A DNA stretch of 64,000 nucleotides from Octopus vulgaris. Lineage: Eukaryota. The translations under genes were made by a program, and so were the position numbers. Shown here one piece after another: positions 25,262-39,766 of the stretch (within the stretch, counting starts at the first letter, position 1; each line of letters begins with the position of its first letter). The notes beneath the pieces are model-generated. The model did not search any database. It was not told the origin of the DNA and worked only from the letters and a program-made list of their open reading frames with translations. The stretch spans positions 44,578,001 to 44,642,000 of the forward strand of contig OX597834.1 of the NCBI GenBank assembly GCA_951406725.2, written 5' to 3'.

Positions 25262-25815
25262 GTATATATAGATATACCTCTGTGTGTATGTGCGTGTTTT
25301 CGCGTAGAGGTGCAATTTTAAAATAGGATTCAATCGCTCAAATTCAAAAACTATTAATGTGAGAGAGAAGCATCCGCCACCCCATTCATCATTACTCGTG
25401 TTAAACAAAACGAAAAAAAATGTCGAGTAGAGAGAGAAAAACAAAATTAACTTTGTATTGCCAATGATACTGTATATATTTTATATATAGCTACTGTTAT
25501 CCGTTTGGAATTTGTAAGAGTTAAAAGTATTTTAACATTGGAAGAATTAATTCTTTTACCGTTCTATATTTTACTATTTCTCTGATTTCCTATGGTAAAG
25601 GAAGTGTGTCTTACTTTAACCGGACGTATTACGTCAAGCACAGAAATGTTCAGAAAATTGACATGAGAAGCACACGAAAGCACGCATGCGCATATATTTA
25701 CATGTGTGTGGTGGCGCGCTTGTATGCGCGTGTCTGAGTGTATAGATAGATAGGAAGATATACCCGATGTATATACGCTCACATACGTGTATGTATCCTT
25801 ATATATATATATATG

Positions 25816-25863
<48 letters not shown>

Positions 25864-25872
25864 GTACGTATG

Positions 25873-25935
<63 letters not shown>

Positions 25936-26859
25936 ATATATGGATATATGGATATATATATATATATATAATTCAGTATACTTAAACACACACATATTGA
26001 GAGAAGTGTATATATATACACCTCTCTCTCTATATATATATTTGCATGTATTTAAGTATAATGAATTATTCTGTGTTAACGCGAACGGAATATTAAACAA
26101 ATAAACAAATAAATATGTAAATGAATAAATAAATATATATATAAATAAATAAATAAACATAGAATTAAATAATGGTAATAAATTGATAAAGGAACGTTAA
26201 GAGCAAGACTAGATGAGAATAAAAGGGAATGGCAACGGATTGTTTGATGAAAGTATATTATTTTCCTTTGTTATAGACATCGTTGAGTTATACCGAAGAA
26301 AATATTATCACCGGAACAGACGGAACATTCCAGACTATCAATAAGATCCATCTTGCGAAACCTTTCAACTCTGGCCATCCCACATTACATTTATCGCCTC
26401 ATCCTCATGTGCGTATTCCTGCTTATGTGTGTCTCTGTGCTTGCTCGCCTCTATATTTCTATGACTGCGTGTGTACGTTTGTATATATTTGTCTTTTGTG
26501 TTTCGTTTTAGGGTTGTATATTTTTTAGCTTTAGTATTTCATATTTATTTTGTTAAAACTGTTTATTATTATTGTTCATATGATAATATTTCCATTTTGT
26601 TTTACAGTAATGAAAATTATCAAAGTGGCTGAATGTATATTCTATTCTCATATTCTCAAGCTGTTTCTTTTTGTTGTTTCTTACCAACGTCAACCATTGC
26701 AGAACAACTCATGTGTTTTAAAGTTTCTCTGATATACAACAAAGAACAAAATACTCGAGAAATAGGCGACTCGCTGTCTGTTTATTTCTATTTGCTTCTT
26801 TACTTCTGTAAAACAAAAATGATTTTTCCCCCTATTTACAGCTGAAATGAATGGGTATG

Positions 26860-27135
26860 GGTTGATGGTGTAGTGTAGCATGCCGGGTAGAATGCTTAAC
26901 GGAATTTCGCCTGCCGTTGCGTTCTGAGTTCAAATTCAGCCGAGGTCCACTTGGCCTTTCATCCTTTCGGATTCTGACTCTTTCGCCACAACTTTCTCTC
27001 ACTCTTTCCTCCTGCATCTTGCAGCTCACCTGCGACGGACCTGCGTCCCGTCCAGGTGGGGAACCTATACGCCAAGGAAACCGGAAAACCTGCCCTTATG
27101 AGCCGGGCATGGCCCGACAAGAAACAAACAACAAT
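26860..27135 (+). mobile_element. Chimeric SINE: family B head joined to family C-type 3' body
   Basis: GTTCTGAGTTCAAATTCAGCCGAGGTCCACTTGGCCTTTCATCCTTTCGG (family B) switches at ~26971 to CTGACTCTTTCGCCACAACTTTCTCTC...CTGCGACGGACCTGCGTCCCGTCCAGG, which is shared with 27845-27960. Confidence 0.8.
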
Positions 27136-27705
27136 TCTTCACATAAGGGGTCCATATTAGAAAGCAAATCACGTGGCTGATAGGCATAAACCCACCGAAC
27201 ATCATTCTACAATTTCTGTCCCGTAACGGACTGTGAAGCATCTAGCTGTATACAGCCTTTAATCCGAGATACACGGCATTCTTCTTACTTCGTGACATCC
27301 AGTGAATTCCACTATATTTAGAACATCATATAAAGATTTGCTTGATTATATGTCTGAAATGATTAAGCTATAAATACAGATTAGCGATTTAACTTCTAAG
27401 AAAATTATGTTACAGTAGATAAAACAGGATTAACGAAGATGCTTTCAATTCTACACCTTCATTCTATAAGTGATCATTAAAGCAATAGGCTACGAACAAT
27501 ACTATCAAGTGGAATACGTTTGAAAACTCAGTACGGCATAAAGATGTTAGTGATAGATATGGTCTAAGCATTGCCGAGTAAATACTACCGACTAATTGAT
27601 TATAACCAGAACGGCTAAATCGAAAGCTTTCAGAAATGATGACAGATAAATCCATTTTCACGAAGCTCCACACAGCCGCCGTGAATTTCAAATCGTATCA
27701 GACAC

Positions 27706-27960
27706 ATGGCCTAGTGGTTTAGAGCAGCGAACTCGTGGTTGAGGGATCGCGGGTTCGTATCTCAGACCGGGCGATGTGTGTGTTTATGCGTGAAACACCT
27801 AAGCTCCACACGGCTACGGCTGAAGGTAATGGCGAACCTCTGCTGACTCATTCGCCACAACTTTCTCTCATTCTTTCCTCCTGCATCTTGCAGCTCACCT
27901 GCGACGGACCGGCGTCCCGTCCAGGTGGGGAAGCTATACGCCAAGGAAACCGGGAAACCA
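27706..27960 (+). mobile_element. SINE family C variant
   Basis: ATGGCCTAGTGGTTTAGAGCAGCG (A-box), GGTTCGTATCTC (B-box), V-domain-like CTGCGACGGACCGGCGTCCCGTCCAGG; similar to 39767-40048. Confidence 0.85.
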
Positions 27961-29527
27961 CTTTAAACACACATGCAAATACAAACACAAGCTGATACAC
28001 ACACAAACACACATACACACACAAAGCAGTGTATAAAATTATGTGATCTATCAAAACTTATATTACTTATAATTGTGCACCTTTCATAATCCCTTCACAA
28101 GAACATCCAGTAAAGTAGAAATGACCCCAACATAGCACTGTGTAGTATAGTAGATAATTCAGACAAGATCAACAGATGACCTGCACAAGGAAACTAAAAT
28201 AATAACAAATGAACGACACCTTGGATATGTGACAGGGACAGTTTGATGCACCAGTAAGCACCAACCGACTACACATTCCATACAATTTCAGAAATAATAA
28301 GTTATCAGATATTTATACAACTACCTATGCAACATTGCTGCAACCGTTTGATAAAAGTACACATTCCCGCTCGAAACAAAAAAAATCACCACATACATAA
28401 TGAAATAGATGCAACGGGAATTCCTCTTCTAATTCGAAACCTTATTCTGCGATGCACACAACCATCGATAAATATAGAGGAACAGGTGTACAAGACTGAC
28501 CAATGGATAATGTGTAATATGTCCATCCACACTGTCGTACTGTACGTCATCCAACTTATTCACTTCATGTCAGATTGTTTTGTATGGTCTTCAGCCAGAG
28601 AAAGACATGGTATAATTGAGAAGATTGATCTGAGGTTCGTGCCTCTTTCTTCTACTCGATCAGACTAGAGACGGAGCAAAACAATATTGAAAACAATATT
28701 GAAAATAGACACGAATGTGCAAAAGCACCTTTAAGTGACTTCCTCATAGCAATCCATACCACAAACAGCACAAGTTTCAGACGCAGAATTTATGCCTCTA
28801 CTAGCAGAAATATTTTATATCTTAAATGGCTCTATGGATCATACCTACGCATCCAGTAAAAAAAATGATGGCAAGTTGGCAAGAACTTGGAGATCTTTCC
28901 TTAGTTTCATATCAGATCAATGTTTCAAATATTTTAATAACATTATATTTCTATATTCCCAATCTTAATAGGAACGCCATCCTACAGACGTTCAAGATGA
29001 AATGCCATCCTAACAAATATAATCGTACTGAAACTATCCGAAGGAGACAAGATCAACGTTTCCTCATCTACAAAACAATGGCAAAGGAAAGAAGAAACCA
29101 TGATTGCAGTATCAATTGATAAGTTTGAATAGATTGCGTTGTGTTGCTTCATATCAATTTTAAAAGTCAATGAAATGTTACAAGCTTCATTAAAATTACA
29201 CCTGTAATTTTACCTTACGTGACACTTTGGCGTAAGTACACAAAACTTTAAGTCCTCATCCAATATCCTCTTTTCAAATCAGGAGTTTTATTTATTTTTT
29301 TTCAATCATCAGAGCATGTTCAAAAGGCTACATTTGTTTACGATAGAGACAGACGATGTGTCTTTCAAATGCAGTGGGTAACACAGTCATGTAGCAAGCA
29401 AAAAGTTTGAAGTTCGATTCCTATGACTTTCAATCAGTTCTCTTTGATTACTACTAAAAAGAATTATTTTATGATGTTTATCGGATATATACAGATGTAT
29501 GTATCATTAAAATTTCTTCATTACTGA

Positions 29528-29722
29528 AAGCAGAATAATTAGCATAGTGGGAAAAATGCTTAGCGGTGTTTCGTCCGTTTTAACTTTCTGAGTTCAAATT
29601 CCGCCGCGGCCCACTTTGCCTTTCATCCTTTCGGGGTCAACAGAATAAGTACCAGCTGAGCATATGCTATCGACGTATCCCATCCTCCCATGTTGCTGGC
29701 CTTGTGCCAAAATTTGAAACCC
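29528..29722 (+). mobile_element. SINE family B (alternative tail subfamily)
   Basis: AAATGCTTAGCGG...CTGAGTTCAAATTCCGCCG...CTTTGCCTTTCATCCTTTCGGGGTC...GCTGGCCTTGTGCCAAAATTTGAAA. Confidence 0.85.
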
Positions 29723-30388
29723 GTATTTCTTCATTACTTGTGTACATAACTGAGACAAAAGAAAAGAGAGAGATCGCATATATGTAGTTACGTTCATGAA
29801 CTTCAAGCATACAGTATACTAGTTTCCTCCAAGATTTTACCATTATATTCCAGTAATAAACCGAAAATAAGCGCGCCTAAACATAAGTATTATATTCTTT
29901 ACTCTAGAATATTCCATATAATACTCGATAATCTACGACAGGCTATTTCCGACTAGGGAAATTGAAGATTGAGGATTATGTTACGCAAACGCTTTGACTA
30001 AAGTTATAATACAACGCATGAAGACGAAATGCAATCAGCCAATCAGTGCTAAACATTCTTGATAGAAATCCAGGCATTGTCGCTAGGACTTTATATAATA
30101 CGTGTTCATTATGCCTCATAAAATTCCGTGAATTCGCTTATCAAAACTAATATTGGGAAAGTTAAAATATGAAAGAGGATTTTACGCTCAGAGAATTATT
30201 TCCAACACTGTATTACAATTGTAACGTCTTTGCCCATCTGTTAATGGTGCGTGTGCTCTTCTCATTATTGTAGTTTGTCGAAGTAAGATAAAATTCTCAT
30301 TAGAATCTTTATCAACACCGGTGAACAATGAGGGAAAACGATGTGTAAATAATCGAATTAAACCAGAAGCATATCCACGATGATTATC

Positions 30389-30389
<1 letters not shown>

Positions 30390-30419
<30 letters not shown>

Positions 30420-30610
30420 CTTCTTCTTCTTCTTCTTCTTCTTCTTCTTCTTCTTCTTCTTCTTCTTCTTCTTCTTCTTTTCTTCTTTTTCTTCTTTTCT
30501 TCTTCTTCTTCTTCTTCTTCTTCTTCTTCTTCTTCTTCTTCTTCTACTTCTTCTTCTTCTTCTTCTTCTTCTCTCTTCTTCTTCTTCTTCTTCTTCTTCT
30601 TCTTCTTCTT

Positions 30611-30641
<31 letters not shown>

Positions 30642-30662
30642 TTCTTCTTCTTCTTCTTCTTT
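30390..30662. repeat. Long (TTC)n trinucleotide repeat
   Basis: About 270 bp of nearly pure TTC, followed by ATT, AGT, GGT and GGA runs to ~30765. Confidence 0.98.
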
Positions 30663-32321
30663 AAACTTTTGTTATTATTATTATTATTTGTAGTAGTAAT
30701 AGTTGTAGTGGTAGTAGTAGTGGTTGTGGTGGTGGTGGTGGTGGAGGAGGAGGAGGTGGTGGTTGTTACGGCAACAGTAATGTCCTAATTTTTTAGAGTT
30801 GTCTCCCCTCTATTTACGATAAAAATAAAAACATTTACCGCTAACGAATATGTTTTGCTTTTTGCTTTTTCTTTCGTTGTTTAATTTTTCTCAGTGTATA
30901 TTTATCATTTGGCTCTGTCTTTTCTTTTTTTAATGCTCCAAGTTTCAAATATGCTAAAACTAGACTATATATTTCTCAAATTACATTTTTTTAGACGTCT
31001 TATTTATGATCATGCACTAAACATTTCAGCATTAAAGAATATATCTAATTCATCATTTCTGGATTTCTTATTAATGCTTCATGCATCAAATACATTATCA
31101 ATCACTTATCAATATGTCTCCCACACCTCATACTTATTTCCAGATAGCTTTTTAATGCTCCATTACATATTTGTTAAGCATTATCAATATACAGCCTTTG
31201 TTGAAATGGTGCAGAAGTCTACTCCATCTGCTGAAGATAACTTTAAGTAGCCGCCATATTCTGAGGTTAGTGCAATCGTGTTTAGCTGTTCCTTTGAAGC
31301 ACAAGCAGCATGGAATTGGCGCAATAGTCTCCAGGAATCTTGTGCCCGTCTCACGCAGTTGTTTTACGAACAAGAAAACCCGTTTTGGGTGAATAGTTCA
31401 TTGTAGAAAATATCAGAAAACTGAAATATTGATTATGGTTGCAATGGAGTTTATCATAGGTCTGCTCTGACAGGAAGAATATGAGGTTTGACAACAACAG
31501 AAATTTATGACAAAGTGCATTCGGAGAACAACGTTGTTTATTGTGTATTAAGATTGCAAGGTAAGATTTGAAAGAAATTTGGCTACTGTTTCTTGCAGAT
31601 CGGGAGCGAGCACAGGGTGTAGCGTTACTCAGGAAACTACACTTCACATGGGCGTGGAAATGGAGGAATATCGCAATTTCGTAAAGATAAAAGAATAAAG
31701 AAGAAGCGATAAACAACTTGGTTGTAACAAAAAATAGACGAGTAAATAAAAACAAAACAAAACAATTCAGACAAAACGAGAACAACAAAATAGGACGAGA
31801 GAAAAGTAAAAGTGCAGCGTGAAATGACGAATAAGAATGAATATTATGGCGAATTTATGGCGAGCATGAATAATTTTGTACGTTTGTCTGTATGTGTGTG
31901 TTTGTGTATGTGCATGGGGTGAGAGAGAGAGAAAGAGAGAGAGAGAGAAAGAGAGAGAGACCGAGACAGAGATATGAGTATGTTTGTTTGTTTGTGGCAT
32001 TCCACAAAACAGCAGCGGAAGTGTGAAAGTATTAAAAGATTTCTGTTACACTCAGCAATATCACAATGGGATGCTATTTCCATTTTCTACGATAAAGAAG
32101 GCCTTGTATCAATCACCAGGCACTACTCTACGCCTAATGTGTCTCTAGTTAAGAGAATATCGAAATTATTTGAGCGGTGAAGAAATCCTCATCAAAAACG
32201 GTCGAAAGCTACAAATACAGTCTAAGATGAGTAGGAAAACGGGTTTGCTTGAGTTCATGTCTGTGTGTATAAGACCAGGGAAATGTGCATGTATTTATGC
32301 GGAGATCGATAACTGTTTATC

Positions 32322-32360
<39 letters not shown>

Positions 32361-32654
32361 TATTAACGACAGAAAGAGTGTCGTTAATCATTTTTTAAAA
32401 TAAGCCCAATGCCTATTCGCAATACCAGTTCCTATTTAGGCACTGAGAGGTTATGTATATCGCTAGCAGAGTTACTGTTGCTTTCTCCAGCTTTCGAGTC
32501 TCCACAATCGACAAGGCCAGGGAAGGCCGAAGTCATGTGATCTGGTGATGGTGGGTGATTAATCACAACGCCATTAATGTAAACAAGAGTGCTTATATGA
32601 ACCGATAGCCATGGTTCTAACACTAGATACACTGATAAGTGGGGATATATGCGC

Positions 32655-32780
<126 letters not shown>

Positions 32781-32785
32781 GCATA

Positions 32786-32859
<74 letters not shown>

Positions 32860-33007
32860 TTTTAAATAGATATTAATGAAATTAATATTCAATTTTTAAT
32901 CCTCATTCTAAATTTAAATCTATATACATATATATATACATACATACATATATATATATGTATGTACATATATACACATAATTACATACATATACATACA
33001 TACATAC

Positions 33008-33082
<75 letters not shown>

Positions 33083-33521
33083 GACCCTGGTCGTTGTAAC
33101 AGTCGTTTACTATATTACTAATCAATCAATCGATCGATTCACTAAATCGAACCATGAACGAACCCAAAATGTAAATTTGTGTGTGTGTGTGTGTGTGTGT
33201 GTGCAGTTCTCTCTTTCTCTTTCTCTCTGTCAATCTACCAATCGTCCTATATGTCGTAGGCATACGTCTCTGCAACTCGTTGCGATGCTCCAGCTTGGCC
33301 ACAGTCCTGTGTGAGATAACACTACAATTGAAAGAATATGTCACAAGTTATCACTCCTCATTTAAACGTAATGACATTTACTAACAATATCATCAAAATT
33401 AGTGACATTTCAATGTCGATCTAATTTCTACAATTTAAGTGCCAATTCGTTGCTGCCTTCTGAATAATTAACAAAGATTCATTTGACTGTCTGATATATA
33501 TACATACATATATATATATAC

Positions 33522-33552
<31 letters not shown>

Positions 33553-33564
33553 CATAAATGTATG

Positions 33565-33602
<38 letters not shown>

Positions 33603-34126
33603 CATTTATGCATTCCCATTTACACACACTTGCACAAGATCACACAACACTGCGTGTACATACAATATTCACACGTGCACACACAGACCGGTGTTTATGT
33701 CTGTTGTACGTAGTTATTAGTGCGTGAAATGTGTATGTAAGGACTGCGGATGACAAACTTATTGAAGTACAGTATTTCTTCATCAAAAACGTCCCACGTT
33801 AGTATTTTGCCATTAGCACTGCAATGAATGAATGCAATGTCAAAATTGATAAACGAAGTGGCGCCTACAAGAGACTGGATCTGCTATTTCGGTAGATTAA
33901 GTTTGGGCCAATTTATATTTTTTTAAATATAGTCCTGTTTGATCAGGGTTGAGCATCACCTAAAAAAGGGACCATAGCATCAGCAACCAGGATCGCCATA
34001 ATTTCTCTTAACAATGTAAACCGTATATATTAACTTAAACAGCCCTCCCACCATTATTCAATGAAGGAACTTCTTCGAGACTACTCAAACTACAAAAAGA
34101 CAAAAAACGCTAAAAATCAACAACAA

Positions 34127-34518
34127 TCTTTTATTTTTCACTTCTTTCAGTCATTAGACTGCGGCCCAGCTGGGGCACCGCTTTAAAGTTCAATGAATCA
34201 ATTTTTTAGTCGAATGAAACGACCCCAGTACTTATATTTTGTTAGGCCTAGTACTTATTCCATCGGCCCCGTCTACAGAATCGGGGATGTAAATACACCA
34301 ACACAGATTGTCTCGCAATGATGGGGGACAAACACACACACACAAAAACGTACACACATAGATCTGCATACGACAGGCTCTTTTTTAGTTTCCCGTTACC
34401 AAATTTACTCACAAGCATTTGGTCATCCCCAGGCTATATTAGGAGACCCTTTCCCAAGGTGCCATGCAGTCGGACCGAATCCGGAACCCTGTGGTTGGAA
34501 AGCAAGTTTCTTACCACT
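34127..34518 (-). mobile_element. SINE family A, older diverged copy
   Basis: TTTCAGTCATTAGACTGCGGCC...CCTAGTACTTATTC...CCCAAGGTGCCATGCAGT...CTTACCAC. Confidence 0.8.
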
Positions 34519-35910
34519 GTTCGCCCTACCAGACAAAATTCATAGTAGCATTTCATTCGGTTTTACGATCTGAGTGCAAATTCCGCCGAAGTCTACTTTA
34601 CCTCTCATCCCAGAAACAGGTGGTAAGATTTCCAAATTTACCTTGCCCTAATTAAATTATTCTAAATGATTTGAGATTACTTTACTTTTGAACTGATCAG
34701 ACATACGTCCAATTATTTATGATAAACATTTAATTACAACAAGGGTTCTCAACCATTTTCTCCCTTTGGTCGCTATTTTACTTCGCTGGATCCCCCCACA
34801 CACAAACAGGAAAAAATACACACACATACAAACGCTCAGACGCATGCATACACACGCAAACACACACATGTACAAATGCACAGTCACACATATACACACG
34901 CACACAAACGCACAAATACGCACATACACACATATTCAAACGCTCAGACACATCCATACATACGCAAACACAAACAGGTACAAATGCACAGTCACACACA
35001 CGCACACAAACGCAAAAATACACACACATATATATAAACGCTCAGACACGCACGCACATGCAAATACAAATGCACAGACACACACACACACACACAAAGG
35101 CAAACATACACACAAGCCGAAAAACAATTACAAATACACACACACACACACATATACTCACACAGACACAAATAAACACATACACACATACACATTCACT
35201 CACACACATGCTCTCACACATTCAAATCCAGCGAAACTTCTCAACCACCCAGGACGCCACATGTTCCCGTATATGTCCCTCACATGTATTTTCCTCATAT
35301 ATATCCCCTCCCACACACACACACATAGTTACCATGGAACCTCAAATAAATATATTTAATTTTATTTTCTTATACAAAAAATTACAACTGACAACATTGA
35401 ATTACATACATCTGTTTTAATACAAAATCTAACTAAATTCCTCCCTAAAATAATAATACACACATAAAATTACCCACAGTACAAGAGGCACAACGCCTGA
35501 AAATTGGCGCAAATTTGTTGTTAATATTCCAAAATAATTCTTAAGTTCGTGAAATTCTGTTCTGTATGTAGTAGAATAGGGGAAGCAACTCATCATCACA
35601 TTTTATATTCTGTAACCAGTGAATGGCGAAGAATGTGGCTGTAATTTAGTCATAGGCAAGTTTATTTCTAGTGAAAGAGCAAAACACTATTATTTAACAC
35701 ATACACACGGTACAGGTTGGAAGTAGCCAGGGTTTTACATCCGTAGGTTCTATTTTATTTTATTTCATAGGTGAAATAACATGAAGTAAAATTGATAATC
35801 TCTCCGGCTGTGTATACGCGTGCACGCTCATATGCACAGGCACATGTATATATGTATATAAATATAAACGTGTATGTTTGTGTGTGAGCGTATGTGTGTG
35901 TGTGTGTCCG

Positions 35911-35948
<38 letters not shown>

Positions 35949-36192
35949 CGGACGGACACACATACGCTCATATATATATATATATATATAGGTATATATG
36001 CATGAATATATACATAAATACTTTTTTATGTGGATTGTGGCCATGCTGGTGCACTGCCTTTAATAGTTAAAACGCCTTAATTCTTTCTCTTTGTTACTCT
36101 GCTAGTCAAAATACGCAAATACAAACACACACACATACGGACATACATACATACATAAATATAAGCATTGTGCGTGTACATATTTATGCGTG

Positions 36193-36225
<33 letters not shown>

Positions 36226-36319
36226 GTATGTATGTATGTATATGTATGTATATATATATGTATATATATATATATTTGTGTATATATATATATGTATATA
36301 TATGTATATATATATATGT

Positions 36320-36389
<70 letters not shown>

Positions 36390-36514
36390 GCATATATATA
36401 TATACAAATATATATATATGTATATAAATATACATATATATATGTGTGTGTGTGTGTATAGATAGATAGACGGATAAATACATACATACATACATACATA
36501 CATACATACATACA

Positions 36515-36610
<96 letters not shown>

Positions 36611-37299
36611 CGGATAAACACACACAGACCACTTCTTTCAATTTCCGTCTCCGAAAGTCCCTCTTTGTGACGTACTAGAAGACGCCTACCCCAGGCGCCA
36701 CGCAATGGGACTGATCCCGGCCTCAAGCGGTTGCGGAATAAACCTCTTACTGTTAGCCTTGTCTATATGTTTTTGTACTCTCGAATTTGCCTGTAATTAT
36801 ATTCACAATACCAAAACTTTGAACGTAATGCAAATATGAAAACCAAACGGAATAGTTAGTGAAATAACTGTTAGAACTTTGTCACGAGATTTCAATAACC
36901 CATTATTGCGGAGAAGTGGTCAAATCTGTAACACTGCGAGTGAGAAGCTTAGCTATATTTCGTCCGTCTTTACCTTCTGATTTCGAATTCCGCCGAGGCC
37001 CGCTGGGTATATCGATCAGTGTATGCGTTTCCAAATGGGAATCTGTTTTTGTTAACTACATCCCAAAGATGGAGTCTTGTATCTTTGTTGGAAACCGGCC
37101 CCCTGCTCAGTGGATGATTTATAATTGAAAAATAGAAAAGTCATACGTACATACATGCACACAAGCAAAAATACTCTGTTGTTGATGTTGATATTCCAAT
37201 GAAAGAGCATTGCATCTAGGTTAGAAACCGGTTCTTTCTCTTTTGGCAAGAAATCTTGAAATAAAATTTAACAATGATATACATACATATTCGTACATA

Positions 37300-37470
37300 T
37301 TCATACATGCATGCATACATACATACATACATACATACATACATGCATACATACATACATACATACATACATACATACATACATACATGCATACATACAT
37401 ACATGCATACATACATACATACATACATACATACATACATACATACATACATACGTACGTACGTACGTAC
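37300..37470. repeat. (CATA)n microsatellite
   Basis: Directly visible; the complementary (TATG)n tract is at 59065-59208. Confidence 0.97.
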
Positions 37471-38297
37471 AGAGAAACAGATAGACAAACACTACACATA
37501 CACAAACACACACACACACACATATACACACACATGCACGCGCACGCTGAGAAGTTGAGGCATGAGTGCACATAATCATATACAAAGTTCGTGTATGTAG
37601 AAATGCGCGTACTTCGGCCTTCACGACAGATTCTTATTCTTATTTATATTCATGTTTATGAACGATCAGACCATTGCCATTATATACACACGGAAATGTA
37701 AACATACCAACTTATATACGCACATAGAGATTATACACAATTACAAATATGTGTGTTTATGTATTGGTGAATACAAAAACAGACAAATATCCTTCCATTC
37801 ATTGATTACATATTTTTGCAAATGTTTGTGTATTTAGGCTGCAATGAAAGCAAATATCTTTACACAAACATAAGAGCTGCCGCCATAGGCGCCTAATATT
37901 CAATCTTGACCGTTTAAATGGCCACTGTATCGTAAACAGTGGATGGGGTAGTGTGGAATGTAAGGATTGAGGTGAATGACTTTGGGGGTAGGGAAAAAAA
38001 TGGAAAAAATCGCCCCACACCAATTCACAATATTCTGACTTCGTTGCTTCTGAAGCTATTAGGAAATCTTAGACAGTTTGACGTCTGGGCCAATCCCTGC
38101 CTTGCTTAGAGGAGCGACTGCGGATTACATCAATGAACCTAAACTAGACATAAAAGGCGGAGTGAAACTTTTTCTGGTCTTTAGCCGGGCATTATTTATA
38201 TTTTTAATCAATCAATCAGGGAATCAATCATTTTATCAATCTATCAACTTATCTATTCATATATCTAACTATTTATCTGTTTAATTTACACATCTCT

Positions 38298-38377
<80 letters not shown>

Positions 38378-38436
38378 CTATCTGTCTGTCTGTCTGACTA
38401 TCTATCTGTCTATCTATTAATCTATCTATTTATCAA

Positions 38437-38558
<122 letters not shown>

Positions 38559-38593
38559 TCTGTCTATTTATCTATCTATCTGTCTGTCTGTCC

Positions 38594-38659
<66 letters not shown>

Positions 38660-39077
38660 GTAATAGTATAAACATCTTCTTTTTCTGTATCAATACAGAA
38701 GTTATATATCAATATATAAATGGAAATAATGTGTGTAGAATTGTTTACAAAGGATAACATTTGTAAAACAGGTCAGCTTCCTTAGGCTGAAGTTCAAAGT
38801 TCAACACCCAAACATTGGTGGTCAAATGATGGTCCATCCACACATACTTTATTTATTTGTGTACATTCTGTGACGATAAACGGTAGATTTCTATAATAAC
38901 ATTTGGTTACTTCGATTACGTGGCCAGTGTTTCGGCGACGAGAATATAAAATATTGACTTACAATATAATACTGGTTTAAGCCGTTCTAACCTCTTGGGA
39001 AAAGGGTTCAGAGCAAAGACGTGCAGTTTGTGTCAGAGTAGGATACAAAAGGAGTACAAACAAGATAACATAACTGG

Positions 39078-39408
39078 TACTCTGGTTCTTACGATGACGA
39101 GGGTTCTAGTTGATCCGACCGACGGAACAGACTGCTCGTGAAATTAACATGCAAGTGGTTGAGTACTCCTGAGGCACGTATAACTTTAACGTACCTCTCA
39201 AGGAGATTCAGCGTGACAAGTATGGGCCCTTTGAATTACGAATTATACGCACGACTCATTTTCCGCACGACTCATTTTTCTCCCCAGTCATTTATTCAAC
39301 CCGAGCAACGTAAAATAAAGTGTCTTGCTTAAGGACACATAGTACAGTCAGGAATTGAACTCACCCCCTTTCGTGCGTGAGCCAATTATCCCAACCACTA
39401 AACCACAT
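39078..39408 (-). mobile_element. SINE family D, near full length, diverged
   Basis: Minus-strand head GTGGTTTAGTGGTTGGG...GAGTTCAATTCC...GTGTCCTTAAGCAAGACACTTTATTT joined to the family D tail. Confidence 0.78.
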
Positions 39409-39766
39409 TCCATCGAAGATACAATATATAAATAAGATTTATAAGCATCACTTTTGTAATATCTTCAAACAGCTTAGCAACATGCTTGCCTAGCATAATC
39501 CATAACTAGGACAGCTCGTAACTAATTGAAGGTCAACTGGTAAATTAGACATAGGTTCAAAAGTGTTCTATGAATTAACCATTCTACCTTATATTAAGGA
39601 AATGTGATTAGAACCAGATTAAAAGGTTCTTCCTTTTAGATAAAAATTGCGATTTAAAGGAAGGGAATTTGACATTTATTTGTAATAGTTTTGGTAACCA
39701 CGTAGCTGATACCTCACGATACAATCTCATAATAAAGATAACTCGATCAGTTATGTTTGTGTGTAT

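Noticed and set aside
28100-29120. A/C-rich stretch suggestive of a decayed LINE ORF2
   Set aside because: No RT or endonuclease motif could be read; left unannotated pending BLASTX.
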